Positions 51,987 to 64,000 of a stretch of DNA of 64,000 nucleotides are shown here, in pieces (the first letter of the stretch is position 1; every line of letters begins with the position of its first letter). Source of the stretch: Camelus ferus (taxonomy: Eukaryota). The translations under genes and the position numbers were made by a program. Location: contig NC_045697.1 in NCBI RefSeq assembly GCF_009834535.1, positions 81,222,001-81,286,000 of the forward strand, read 5' to 3'. Below the pieces are notes generated by a model. The model ran no database searches. It saw nothing but the letters and a program-made list of their open reading frames with translations, and was not told the origin of the DNA.

Positions 51987-52599
51987 TTTTCTCATAGTTT
52001 CATTTCTCGAAGGAAAAAAAATAATTTGCATACACAGAATTCATGAAATACCGACTGTCACCACCTCTCTGGTTTACTCTCTTGCTACTCTGTGTCTGCC
52101 ACATCAAGTCCAGATAGGAGAGATTTGTCGTTCCTTATTCATCATGCTCTATTTTTTGGCCTTGACTCAGATTGTCATCTCAGATATCTGTGCCACTAGA
52201 GAGATGTGCAGGCACGGCATTGTGGAGGCTACTGTAAGGCACAGAAGTTTACAGAGAAAGGAGTCACTGAAGGGTTTCATATAGGACTTTATATGAGACG
52301 TGACTGGTTCATGCTTTATATGGATTCTGCTTGTGATTTTGTGGAAGATGAACTTAAAAGGAACCACAGTAGAATCAGTAAAAGAGCTGGGAAGCTGTTA
52401 CAATTTTACAAAAGAGAGGATAGTAACCATCATCATGATCATCATTAATGATAATAATAGAAACAATCATAGGAATGAACCCAGAGAGCCTGGGTGCAGC
52501 TTGCGGCATAACCAAAACTCGACTTTATTTCGTCTTCCATGGTCATTTTGAATGCATACAATGAGGTGCAGTGTTTCTCTGTACTACAAAGAAAACCTG

Positions 52600-53590
52600 A
52601 GCAGTTTTCTGACTTTCCTGCTCAATTTTAAATAGCAGTCAGTCCTCCTTCCTCACAGGTTCATTCACTCCATAGTTAAAACTAGGCAGACGAAAATATT
52701 AATCACATTAAACACAAATCAACCGACATTTCAGGTAAGACATCTCCCTACCTCACTTTCCAGCCTGTCTTTTAAAAGAAGGTACGATTGGCTCCTGTCT
52801 TATCTGTTGACTCCCACATTTTCCTGAGGTTCAGCTGCTGTTTAGCTTCCAGCCTGGTTCAAAAGAAGGATGGTTGGGAAAAGAGGTAACCTGGCTGACC
52901 CCTCTTCTGTTGGGGTGTTTTCACAGGTTCTTTGAATGTTCCCAATGCTGTGAATCCTATGAGTTCTCAGACTGTGTTTCCCCGTGCTGTGTAGGTGTGG
53001 TATTTAATTTCCCTGTTTCACTCCTTTTCAGTGAGTTTCACAGGTGGGCAGCTCCGTACACATGCTGGAGTCTGTATGTGTCCACAGAAGTTCCTCCTAG
53101 ACAAGACTTAAAACCAATGGACTGCCCTTTCTGCCCCTGAGTCTTACATTTGCTCCCCTTTGAAACACACACACTTTGCCCTCTGGGATGGTAAAGGAAA
53201 CCCTCTCTCCCTTAACTTCTCCACCAGAGCAGTTTGTCAGCCCACGTATTGATTTCTGGATTTCTGGGTGAGAGCAGTTAGTCTCAAAACTGGAGGTAAA
53301 ACATATTAAGCTCTCTGAGTTGTCTCCTTGAGGTGCAATCTCTGTATGTTTGACATGAAAAAGAGAGTAACCTACATCTTACCTTCTCCTGGGGAGGAAA
53401 ATGAGGCTTCACAAGGTCTTTTTGAAGAATTTTTCTCAAATTGATCTCTTGATCTTTTTTTTAACAGTCTCTTAGTGAGTGGGAAGTTTCAAGTATCATG
53501 GATACAGTTTTTGACTATTTCTTTTGTAAACCCTTCATAATCTGATCTGATTTTGTAATTTCGTGTCTGTTGTATCTTGTTGGAAACTTA
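52600..53590. mobile_element. Probable ancient LTR remnant (family uncertain)
   Basis: GC-richer, pyrimidine-rich non-coding block resembling old mammalian LTRs; recognised only loosely. Confidence 0.35.
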
Positions 53591-53609
53591 AAGTTTAACA
53601 TCATGCTAA

Positions 53610-53740
53610 AACACTGTTTTTGAGCACTTAACTGTTTTGGCAGGTGCTGTCATAGGAGCTCCACAGATATTAATCCACCGACTCCTCACGATAACCCCGA
53701 GTGGAAGAAATTATTATCTCAGTGATTCATACGAATGCAC
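53610..53740 (-). mobile_element. MIR fragment
   Basis: ttgagcacttaactg...ggcaggtgctgt...actcctcacgataaccc. Confidence 0.65.
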
Positions 53741-54479
53741 TTGTAGTAAAGATAGGAAGGCATAAATTTCAGGAGATATTTATGGGATATAATCAGTAGT
53801 AAGTCCTGATTAGGTGTTAGAGGTGACAGACAGGATCAGACATGACTCTCAGGACTCTTAGTATGAACGTCTGGTTGTATGAACTTGCTATTAAAGAACA
53901 ATAAAAGTGTAGGATGAAAATCCTTTGTAAAGGGTAGAATTTATGGGTACACTTTAGACAGGAACTGCCAGGAGAGTTGTGCCTCACAGGTGGTTTAGTA
54001 TTAAAATCTGAATCTTGGGGAAGAGACGTGGGTGCAAGCATAAATTTGGAGTATATTAGTGTACATGTCATTGCTGAAACTCTGTTAATGAGCCTCACAA
54101 ATCTGAAGGTGCAGAATAAAAATAAAAATAGGCTGAGCTGAAACCACTGGGAGCAACAACATTCCAAAGGCAATATTAGATACAAAAAGAAAAAGAATCG
54201 AAGAAGAAGAAGAGATAGGGAGATACAAGGAAAACAAGAAGATGACTGTGTGTCTGAATTTGTGAAGATAGCAAGTTTGCAGGAGCATATCACTATCTGT
54301 AATAGCAATGTCAATAAAATAAGAATTAAAAAAGACAAACTGGAAATAGAAATCAGGAACACTTAGCAAGTATTTAGAACATTTAGCAAAAACGGCTGTG
54401 TTACAGAGATGTGGTAGAAGCCAGAGTACACTGGGTGAAGACTGGCCATAGTATTTATTAGTTAAGATGCTTGCAGAAA

Positions 54480-54910
54480 GCATGCCTCATTAAAATTAAG
54501 AAGACTGGAAGAGAATTTATAATGAAGTGATTTATAAAAATGAGGATGGGGAGTAGGCAAAACACAAAGGATAATAGCTTAGGACCTAAACACAGGGCTA
54601 CATTACCACTTTCAAACCTTACAGGTCATGAGGTCATGAGGAGGGAGTGTTTATCAGATCCAAGAGAAAATGAATTCTATGTAGAAGGGCCACCTAAGAG
54701 AGGCGAGAGTTTCAGTCATAACACTCAGCCAGAGTGCAGCAACCCCACAGGTAAACGGATATTTTTATCTCACTTTCCTTCTGCCAAGCTTCTATACGTG
54801 TTTCATATCAGCAAAACTCAATTGGAAGCTGTGGAACAAGGTAGTTCATTGATGTAATCCATATAGGTCAGCCCGGATCTGGAAAGGCACATGTAAAATA
54901 ATCTGGCACA
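54480..54910 (-). mobile_element. ERVL LTR (LTR33-like)
   Basis: cattgatgtaatccatataggtcagcc...ggatctggaaaggcacatgtaaaataatctggcaca is the reverse of an LTR33-type 5' end. Confidence 0.6.
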
Positions 54911-55085
54911 AATGTGATAAAAGGAAGTGTTAAAATCAAGAGTAGACTACTATTTCAAAAAGTGTCAATAAGAAGGAAAAGAAAAAAACATCAGCTGCAC
55001 CTAGAAATGCATGAGAGTTCAATGAAGGGTTTGTAGGATAAGCAAGCATTGGGCATGTTAATAGGCTGTAAAGAAGAACGCCTTA

Positions 55086-55416
55086 AAAATGATACAAATT
55101 CTATTTACAAACCAAAAACAGACTCACAGACATAGAAAACAGACTATGGTTACCAAAGGGGAAAGGGCAGAGGTATAAATTAGGGGTTGGGAATTAACAG
55201 ACACTCTTAATTTTATATATCATTTATATATAGTATAAAAAACAAGGACCTACTATATAGCACAGGTTTATATTCAATTTCTTACAATACCATGCAGTGG
55301 AAAGGAATCTGAAAAAAGAATATATATATGTAAGTATATGTATAACTGAATCACTTTGCTGTACACTTGAAACTGACATTGTAAATCAACTATACTTCAA
55401 TTAAAATTAAAAAAAA
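55086..55416 (+). mobile_element. Young cetartiodactyl L1 3' end with poly(A) and TSD
   Basis: acagactcacagacatagaaaac...tatggttaccaaagggg...gtataactgaatcactttgctgtacac...aaatcaactatacttcaat(A)n; TSD aagaacgcctta (55074-55085) and aagaatgcctta (55417-55428). Confidence 0.92.
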
Positions 55417-58114
55417 AAGAATGCCTTAGAGGAGGATAGATTGAAAATATAGGGACCAGAGTGATTCATTCATAAAATAAGATTCCAGGGAAGAATGAGT
55501 TGGGATCAGAGACACAGAATGAGGAGCTGGTAGTAAAGAGGAAGAGGGACACTTCTTCATCTGATATTTTAGAAAGAAAAAGAAGGGTGCATGCATATTT
55601 AGATATGTTTTATGTATGAGAAATATTATATTAGTGAGATCATATGGGTTACCTTCATTTTCTTTATGAAGTAGAGGATACAATTTTTTTTAAAGGCTAA
55701 AGGCTGTTGAGTAGAGGGCAACATGATGTGTGTTTTCTATTACCTTTGGGAGGAACAAGTGAGTGGAATGACAAGTAAGCACATAAAGGCTCAACTGATC
55801 TAGAGATGGAGAAATAGGGTGGCTATTTCCCAAACAAGAAAGCTGAAGTCCCTGACTTAGTTCAGAAGTTTTCGTAGTGTTGTTAGATACAGAGACAATA
55901 GTAAGGTCTCCTGAACACAGTTCTCAGTGGCACAGCCTGGACACTCATGTTCCAAAAGGAGGAACAACACAGGCTTCCTCCAGTGCAAACCTTCCCACCT
56001 TAAACAGTTCAAGGACTGATCACTTAGTGAGTTTAGTTATATACAGTGGGTTAAGGAAACTAGGTGATGTTTAATACAAACTTCTGCCCAGTCAGTGAAT
56101 TAAGCTCCTAGCAGGGCAGTCCTGCCGTTACTTTATCTCCTAGGTGGCATCAGCGTGACCTCTTGACCTCCTTTGCTTTAGAAGAACGTGAACTTCATGT
56201 GCTTAACCTGAGCTTAGTGGGGCTTCTTTGCATATGTGCACAATGGAAAATCTTAATATACACCTTCTGAAGTCCTTTTTACCTTGTCCTTTAAGGAGTT
56301 TTTAATTGGAAAGTTTCTTTTTCTTGATAAGCTCTTCTCTCTGGACACAAAGGCTTCTTAGGGGGTCAAACTAGAAAAGCCGGGTCCCCCAGCCCTGCAT
56401 TGACGGTGGCTGATCCCTTTGTCCCAGGGTCCATAAGCACTAGATGTGGTCATTCTGTCACTGCAGATTGATCCAGTGGGTACATACGCTAATTAACATG
56501 AGTCTTTTTTTTCCTTCTTATCGAAAGGAGTGTCTCTTGCTGAAAGCGGATGGTTACTATTACTATACTGTTATGAAAGTATTAAGTTTGTGCTGAGAAT
56601 CCACTGCCATTTGGTACTAATGACATTTGTTCTTTCTGTGAAAGAGAGATGCCCTGGAGTGTGTTAGTACACAGACCCTTATGATGCTGAGTTCATGAAG
56701 AACTGTTAGCCTTGCTCTGATTTCGGTGATGGATGATTTCACAGGGAGATCGCAGGCAGATTGGGCTCTTCTAAGCCATTTTCTCAATGGCTCCAATGGT
56801 AAAATGACCATGGCCCCTTTCTTTCTTTCCAGTTTAATCTGACTTTAATATTTGCCTTGATGTCCACATGCTGAAGCTTGCAGGGTGTGGTGTGGTGTGG
56901 ACAGCTGCATGTCTGCAAGCGCCAGGAAGTGATGTGTGGGCTGGGAGCATGCCACGTTAGTCCCACGTGTGAGTGCTTTGCTTGCAGTGCTTAAAAACAT
57001 CTGCGTAGTTTTCAGCTGGAAAAAGCAAAGTCTTACCAGTGTGATGTTGTAAAATGAAAGCTGCTAAAAATCTGAGGAGAAGAGCTAAGGAATGTCTGGG
57101 ACCTACTCTGCCCTGGAGACCACACACGGCTCTTTTGGATTATGTGTTCTTGACGGTGCAGGCAAGGCTTTTCAAAAAATTATATAGAAAGTAAACTCTT
57201 CCTCTTTTTGCAAGTGGTTGAAAAGGAGACTCTTCCAGGTAATTTTATCACCTTTTTCAGTATTCACATATTTACTCTGGAAGTCTTGTTTTCTACTGTT
57301 TTGGAGCCTCCTGGGTTAATGACACAAAAAATAACTTTTTGTTTAGAATAAGTATTCTTGCCAAATGAAAACTGCTTTTTTTTTTTTTATTTGATTTGTT
57401 TTGAAAGTAAGAGAGAGAGGGGAGAACTTTGTTAATTTAATTATGACATTCAGTCTAGGATGAAGTATTTGATTATTAGACAGCAATGCCACTAATAAGT
57501 TTTAAGCTGTCAGAAATGAGTTGTAAACATCAGTCCACTATTCTTAGTTATGGCAAAGACAATTATCTTACAATAAACAGCTGATATTTGGGTGCATTGT
57601 GTGATGTTTGAAACAAAATGTTACAACAATAAATAAATGTAAACTGAAAAAAACCCCAAATATTCCACTTTTTAATCTAATGGTAAGTTATTTTGACACA
57701 TTATATGGAGAGTTCGCATTTGATTTTTTCTCACAAATCAATTCTATTTATTTAATAATGCAGACTTTACCCACCAATTCAGATTCCATTTTTATCACTT
57801 GTTAAGTGATAATTCCCATTAGTGAGGGTGGTACAGAAATGCTCCACCACCTAAGCCTAGTGGCAGGTTGTTTGTCAGTCTTTGGGGTAGCACTTGAACA
57901 ATGTTTATCAAGCATTTAAAAAAATTAATAAGACACAAACTTCTGAGAAGCTATTTTAGAATAAATCTCGATTCAAAAAGATTATTCGCAATATGCTAGT
58001 TGCAGAATTACTTAAATTTTCTGGTTAGTTGCAAACAACCTGATGACTCAGTATCGAAAGAAGTTAACTGTATTTTGATACTAACATGTTAATTATATCT
58101 TGACCCTACTTATT

Positions 58115-58601
58115 GTGGTATAAGGCATATTAATACTCTTATTAATTATGTGCTGCTTTGACATCTGGTGAATAGAGGGGGCCTCGAAGGGCCTAACCAC
58201 AAGTTCCCCTTCTCACTTTGCTCCAGCAGAAAAGGTCCCCTAGCCAAAAATCCTCCTTATCAAGCGATCAGGCAGAGTTCCTCCTTATTCTTGAACAGCA
58301 AGCTTCAGTTCCCTGCCAGCCTGCAGAATTTTTCGAAGAAGTCAATTTTATCTTCCAGTAAGAGCTAGAGGTACCCTGTCCTCTTGATGATACAAAGCCT
58401 GTCTCCTACACCCTCTGGTTGTTCACTCTCTTCCCAAGTACAGCCCCACGTGGCCCTGCATGATATGTGGTGTCTTCCTTTTTTTTTTCAAGCTGTGAGT
58501 ATATATGAGCAATAAACTGCTATTGATCTTATCTGTCCAGTGTCAAGTATTACGTGTTCAGCCACCTTCACAACAGGGTGACATGGAGGTGATTAAAACA
58601 C
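58115..58601 (+). mobile_element. ERV solo LTR (MER73/MER74-like, subfamily uncertain)
   Basis: tgacatctggtgaa, aataaactgctattgatcttatctgtccagtgtc; TG...CA ends. Confidence 0.65.
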
Positions 58602-58778
58602 TAATAAAATATTATGGAATGATTAATAAATCTTTACAACAACTTAAATCACATTTGAGGTGCTTATGTTATAATAGTAAATAGAAATATGCAGGATTCA
58701 AAATTCTATTACTTTCTTCTAGAATATATATACCTTAAAACGATCGGGAGAAAATAACCAAAATATCGTCTTGATAAT

Positions 58779-59100
58779 TGTGATGACCACGAAAACGCTC
58801 TATTCTCATCTCCTAAGGGAGCATCCCTGATTGATGACCCCAGGGGTGGTCCCTTGGATCCATGATCCCCCCTTTTGCACCAACTGTTCCACATCATCCT
58901 ACTCCCACCTGATCACTGAGCACAGCAGGGGTGCTAACTCAGGACTATTCCTGTGAGAAACATGACTCATTTAATGGGTATCTCTGGATCAAGGATTTCT
59001 CATTTATCTAGCATCTCTTCTCCATCCTCCTTCCTTCCAACAAATCTCTTGCATGTCTAATCTCAACTTGGCATCTATCCTCAAAGTACTCAAATGAACA
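58779..59100 (+). mobile_element. ERVL LTR16-like solo LTR
   Basis: 3' end aaatctcttgcatgtctaatctcaacttggcatct...aaca. Confidence 0.7.
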
Positions 59101-62100
59101 AAATAGTCTTTGAGGGACTGAATTACTGGTGTTACAATTTTCTTTTATTTTTTCCAAAGATTGTTGTATTCTAGAACATAGTCAAATACTAACCCATTAT
59201 TCTGATATTTCATTTGCTTGCAGCTTAAACTTGTTTACCATATATTTAATATCATCCCCTCAAACCAGAGAATCCATACCATTAAGGCCATGAAAATTTG
59301 TGGTTAAAAAAAGATTGTCTAACTTAAACAATAGGAATATGCAAAATAGAATAAAATAAATTTCACTAGATAGTATTTCATTATATGACACAGAAAAACA
59401 GAAAACAAAAGCTCCGATTTGTGAAAACATGAAGGTCATAGCTGAAGTAATGAGTAAAGTCTACATGGTTTTAGGATTGGAGCTGGTTCTTTAAGGTAAG
59501 ATAATACAAGGAAAGAGAGTCACAGGGACTGTTTAGACAAGGGACATAGAAACTATAGAAGAGGTAAACAAAATGCATGTGTGACATGCTTGAAAAGTAA
59601 TGAGTGACTATGGAAATATGATTTATAGTCACCCTTAAATTTGGAGATTAAAATACATGCCATGTTATTTAACCTACAATGGCATGTTTTTGGTTTTAAG
59701 AGAACCTAATGAAATGTTTAATCAGTTGACTTTTATTCTGTAAGTGTACCTATCTGAACTACCAGTTAAGGAGTAAGAACATTCGACATAAGGATATGTG
59801 CGTAGTGAATGTTTAAAACCAGTGAATATATCAGTCACATATGGGTCTAGAAGTACCATGTTGATTCCTGACTCCCTGGTCAGCGCCTCCTTTGTCAGCT
59901 GCATACCAAGAATGTAGCAGAAAATCTAGTTCATTTATTGAAAGTCAATTATAGAACTCTACGTAAAATGGAAAATGTCATTACCAGTAAGGATACAGAA
60001 AGATAATGAGAGCATAGCTTGGATTTATCTTATGCCACTGTATGCAGGCCAAGATAATTGGGATTCTAAGCTTTTGAGTAGTTATCTTGGGAAACAAAGA
60101 TTCAAATAAGTGATTAGTTAGACTGCTTTCTTTGATTGTTTATTAAGGCATAGCAGTTTTAATAGGTAGTGGAGGAACTCAGAATTACTAAAAATGTAAA
60201 TGTAATTGTGTTTCTTATTTCAAAAATCTTACTTCTCAAAGGAGGAAAATTTTCATTGGTCAGGAAATCTTCTGTAAGTTGACTACTGTATAATTTTTTT
60301 AACAGAGCTTTTTCTTTAAAAGATCTTTGGAACACAAGTTTTAAAGAAAACTATGATTTTTCTGTTTACTTTCTTATTATTTTAATATAAAACATCTCTG
60401 GTTGCAACAGTTTACAGCTATAAACTATTCATTTTAAAACACAGATTTAGTATAAACTATACATTTCTATAATTTTAAATATAGTAATTACATATGTGAA
60501 TGTATGTGGTATAAATAAACAGTATAAATTTTCTAACAAGAAAAAGAAATAATACTAAATATTTATAATTTATAAAGTGATCTAAAATACATCACTTTAT
60601 CTAGTCATTTCAGCAGAAGGATGAAAATAAAAATCCTTATGTATTCTTCCTTTATAAGTGAAGATTCTACAACAAGAGATTAATGAATTTCCCAAGGTTA
60701 TATAACAGGCAGATGTTAAAACTCAAATTCTTTACCAGGATTTTTACTGCAAGTTTGTGCATCTTTTCTATATATACAGAATCAACCTAAAGGTACACTT
60801 TAATGATATATGAAATATCTACCTCAAGTCTCTGATGTCCAAAGACAGTCTTAACTATAAAGATATTAAAACAAAATCATTATTCAATAGCAACAAAGTT
60901 TTTCAACATTTTGATATTGAATAATGAATACAATTACATAATACTCTTCATATCTGTTTATTTTTATACTTATAATATTTTTATCCAAATGGAAGAGGTG
61001 AAAGAGGAATGGTGGGGGGAGGACAGAGAAGGAATGTGTATGCGACAAGAGCTTTCGCGACAAGAGCTTTCACGAAAAGAGAGAATGACTTAACTAAGAT
61101 CAATGAGGCTGTAACCCTAAGGTTTCTTTCTTTTGTAAGGATGGCGAGCATTAATGAGCTTTCCAGAAAGAAATAAGATGGAGAGGTGAGAGTAATCTGT
61201 AACACAGTGAACACTGCTAGAGTAACGACCCATGGAAATAGAGTCAAAGCAAGACAAGTCAAGTTAAATAAGCAAAATGTACCACTGGGGAGCTGAAGAA
61301 GATATGGGTGACTTCTGAATGTTAAACATATACTTGCTAATTTGTGGACCAAAAGTTGAGTCTATGAATCCATAGCTAACTGAGAAAGATGTAATTTCAT
61401 CTTTTGAAGTATCTACCTATACATCATGCAAATCCTCAGTAACAGAATTTTTGGTTGTTCTTGCTATCTTGTTACATGTATGCATATTTATACATGTATG
61501 TTTATGTATATATGATGTACAGACATTTCAGAATGTTCTCTGTGATCAGGGACTTTTAAAAATATCTCCAGGGCATAAATGTAGTATCTAGAATCTCACA
61601 TGTGTTCAATATTTTTAGAATTAATGGATAAATAATTAGTTTGAACAACTTCCAATAAATAGCTAATGCTGGAGGCCAAAGTTAGGGTGCTAGTAATTCT
61701 AGTTGGCATCAGTTCTGAGTCATCATGAATGATTTTCGGTATTCAGTGACTTAAGCCACAATATTATGCCAGCTTCAAAACCTTACACTTAAAGTAGAAG
61801 AAATATATTTATGAGGAAATATCTGAAAGGAGCAAGCAGAGGATGGGAGAATGACCCTTTGGAATAAACAGGCCATCAAAGATGGGAACTTGAGGTAAGT
61901 TCACAGGTGACTCTTCTTCTATGTTAAATGCATGTTTTGACTTTGCATCTGAAGCCAAAATCAGAAAGTGGGGATTAAAAACAGAAGTCAAAACCTCATC
62001 TAGATAGAACAGACTGTATATTTTGTGTGTCTAGAATCAAGCACAGTGCCCTACACTTTATACCTATTCAATTAATGTTTGTTTTGTTTAGGGGGTGAAT

Positions 62101-62417
62101 GTACTCAAGTGGGCTTTTCTTTACCATTTCATAAAAGAGTGAGAAACTATAAACAGGGACAACTGCAATAAATTTTAGGAAGTCCAATAACCAACTACAC
62201 CCCCCCCTTTTTTTCTTTTTGCTATCTTCAATCTTTTTTATGTGGCTGTTGGCTAAGAAAATCATTACTAATTGGATTTTTTCTTAACTTCAGAGGTAAC
62301 AGGAGGGGAAAGCTGGGGAAAGAATAGACAATAGAAAAAGGATGGTATTCATATCTCTGCAAAAGAAGGGTGTTATGAATACCATCAAAGAAGCCAGAAA
62401 TTTCTCTGATCTTTTGC

Positions 62418-62493
62418 AAAAAAAAAACAAAAACAAAAAACAAAACAAAACAAAAAAACAAAAAGAAAAGAAAAAAAAAAAAAAAGAAAAAAA
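62418..62493. repeat. A-rich tract, (A)nC/(A)nG
   Basis: About 75 bp of A interrupted by single C or G. Confidence 0.9.
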
Positions 62494-62699
62494 GGAAAGC
62501 CAGTGAAGCAAAACCAAGTCTGAAAAAGGGTCCAGTAGCCTAACGTCCATTCGTTAAATTTAACATTCAACAAATGAAAAAAACTGGACTTACCCCATCT
62601 CTAATATCAATATTCTATCTTCAAATAAAGACTTATTATCATTAATTTTCAAAGCATTAAAGAAGCTGTTAATAAGCATGTAAGTTTTTTAACATGTGA

Positions 62700-63720
62700 C
62701 ATTTCTGCTTTAAAAATTAAGTTATAAGAAATATTCTGAGAATATGGTTACAGCAACATATCTCTCTGAATATCCCACAAACATAGAAATATAGGGAAAC
62801 TGGAAACCAGAGACTACATCTAATACAAAAGTAGGTGAGCAGTTAGTCCAATGAAACCCTCAAAATGAAAGTGTAGGGTCAAACTACCTACAGGCAAGAG
62901 ATTAATGTAGTTACAGCACCTGTAGGGGAGGGAGCAAAGTGTGAAACACCTGAGAACAGACATGTGTCCTTAAACAAATGAGCCCAAGGAAAACGTACAG
63001 TTACAGGAATTAGAGAGATCTGGGCATATGGAATTCAGAACAAACGAACAGAAGCTTTCAGTGTGAACAAAGTCTATACTGAGTCGGGGAAAAAATCTGT
63101 TAGCAGTAAATCCAAATTAAGCACGGAATGAAAGCAGGGCAAATGCATTGATACAAGATGTTTGTGTGTCTGTGCACATATATGCATAATATAACAGAAC
63201 CAAAGCTATACAATTTGATTAATCAATAAATATAATGGCTTAACTCATCTGTTAGAAGAAAATGTATTCATACTGCTTAAGTCTAAATCCAATACTATGC
63301 TGTGTATCTCTCCATACTAGTATGAATTCATCTCCAGTTTCTCTTGTTAAGAAAAAAAAATTAACATACAGAAGAGTTTGTATTGTATAATAGCATTTAT
63401 CTAAAAAAGAGGGGAGTATGAGTAGTACATAGGTATCTACTTCTATTTTTAAAAAATAAAAGGATAAATCAAAGCTAGTTTTTTGAAAAGGTAACCTATA
63501 TGGGATTGATGGAATAGAATGAAGACAGACATAAATACTAGACTTCTTCGAATATTCTTTGGTGAATTTTTCTTTGGAAGCATGTGATAAATTTATATAT
63601 TTTTAAAATTATTTTTTAAAAAGCAATCTATAAATGTTAAAAATGAAATGAAAGAAATGAAGATAAATGTGCATCCAGTCAGAGGTAATAACCACGCAGT
63701 AGGCTACTATCAAATCAGCC
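62700..63720 (+). mobile_element. Old L1 fragments (5'-like 62700-63150; L1MC4/L1ME-like 3' 63200-63720)
   Basis: actagacttcttcgaatatt...tttggaagcatgt...aaaaagcaatctataaat...taaccacgcag. Confidence 0.55.
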
Positions 63721-64000
63721 TTTTAATCAAAATGACTGTCCTGTACTTTTCCTACTGGAATATATCTTAAGAAGTAAAGGAACTACAAAAGAGTTGGAGT
63801 CGTAAGTTACAGGAAATAAGTCATTTATGTCCTCTTCAAGTATTCTCAGTGTCGTTGACGACCTCTCAGCATTGCATAAAGGAGATATACATGCGAGACA
63901 GAAATGAAACCTTGTGGTCAAGTATGAGTTGGGAATATGACATTTAAACAGATAATGTATTTGATATGAAAACAGCGAGCATCCTTCATGGTGCTCATGG

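Larger units (their letters stand above)
53745..55760 (-). mobile_element. L2 interrupted by an LTR (about 54480-54910) and a young L1 (55086-55416)
   Basis: catgactctcaggac, ataaatttggagtatattagt, aaccactgggagcaacaacatt, gtggtagaagccagagtaca. Confidence 0.7.
12674..64000 (-). other. NDST4: 3' portion of the very large NDST4 intron upstream of the 88-bp exon
   Basis: No NDST-like coding sequence was found upstream in the window. The large first coding exon is absent, consistent with the roughly 100-kb intron I recall in human. Confidence 0.85.

Noticed and set aside
56136..56152. CTCF-like ctcctaggtggcatc
   Set aside because: Mismatches at key 5' core positions make it too weak without ChIP data.
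56880..57240. First exon of a T-cell gene such as THEMIS or TRAT1
   Set aside because: No coding exon of such a gene was found, and the region lies within the NDST4 intron.
62388..62503. A-rich tract as a retro-insertion tail with TSD aagccag
   Set aside because: Only a 7-bp match and no identifiable element body.
764..63921. The supplied ORF track (60-181 aa ORFs)
   Set aside because: None resembles a known cellular protein. Many lie in L1, L2, LTR or microsatellite sequence, and the real exons are not among them.
1..64000. CRISPR arrays, tRNA/rRNA genes or prokaryotic/viral systems
   Set aside because: The sequence is mammalian intron. I saw no regularly spaced repeats, RNA gene signatures or intact viral ORFs.

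Overview
AT-rich, CpG-depleted mammalian genomic DNA, most likely from a cetartiodactyl and probably a camelid. That inference rests on the young L1 3' ends and on my seeing no Alu, Bov-tA/Bov-A2, PRE1 or CHR-type SINEs. The whole window lies inside NDST4 (heparan sulfate N-deacetylase/N-sulfotransferase 4) on the minus strand. Two intact coding exons are present: an 88-bp exon at 12586-12673 ([30 protein letters not shown]) and a 155-bp exon at 5804-5958 ([52 protein letters not shown]). Both have canonical AG/GT ends and splice in frame. Neither appears in the supplied ORF track, whose ORFs look spurious or repeat-derived. The rest is intron: more than 51 kb of the large upstream intron, a 6.6-kb intron and 5.8 kb of the next intron. 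It is filled with MIR, L2, old and young L1, MaLR/ERVL LTRs and hAT MITEs. I cannot support a new biological system here. The best speculative leads are a candidate recursive splice site with an RS-exon (about 50.2-50.45 kb), a candidate NAGNAG microexon or poison exon (about 57.05 kb) next to a RUNX/ETS/E-box cluster, candidate intronic enhancers, and a head-to-head MIR inverted pair. Repeat names are recognised from memory of consensus sequences, and repeat boundaries are approximate.
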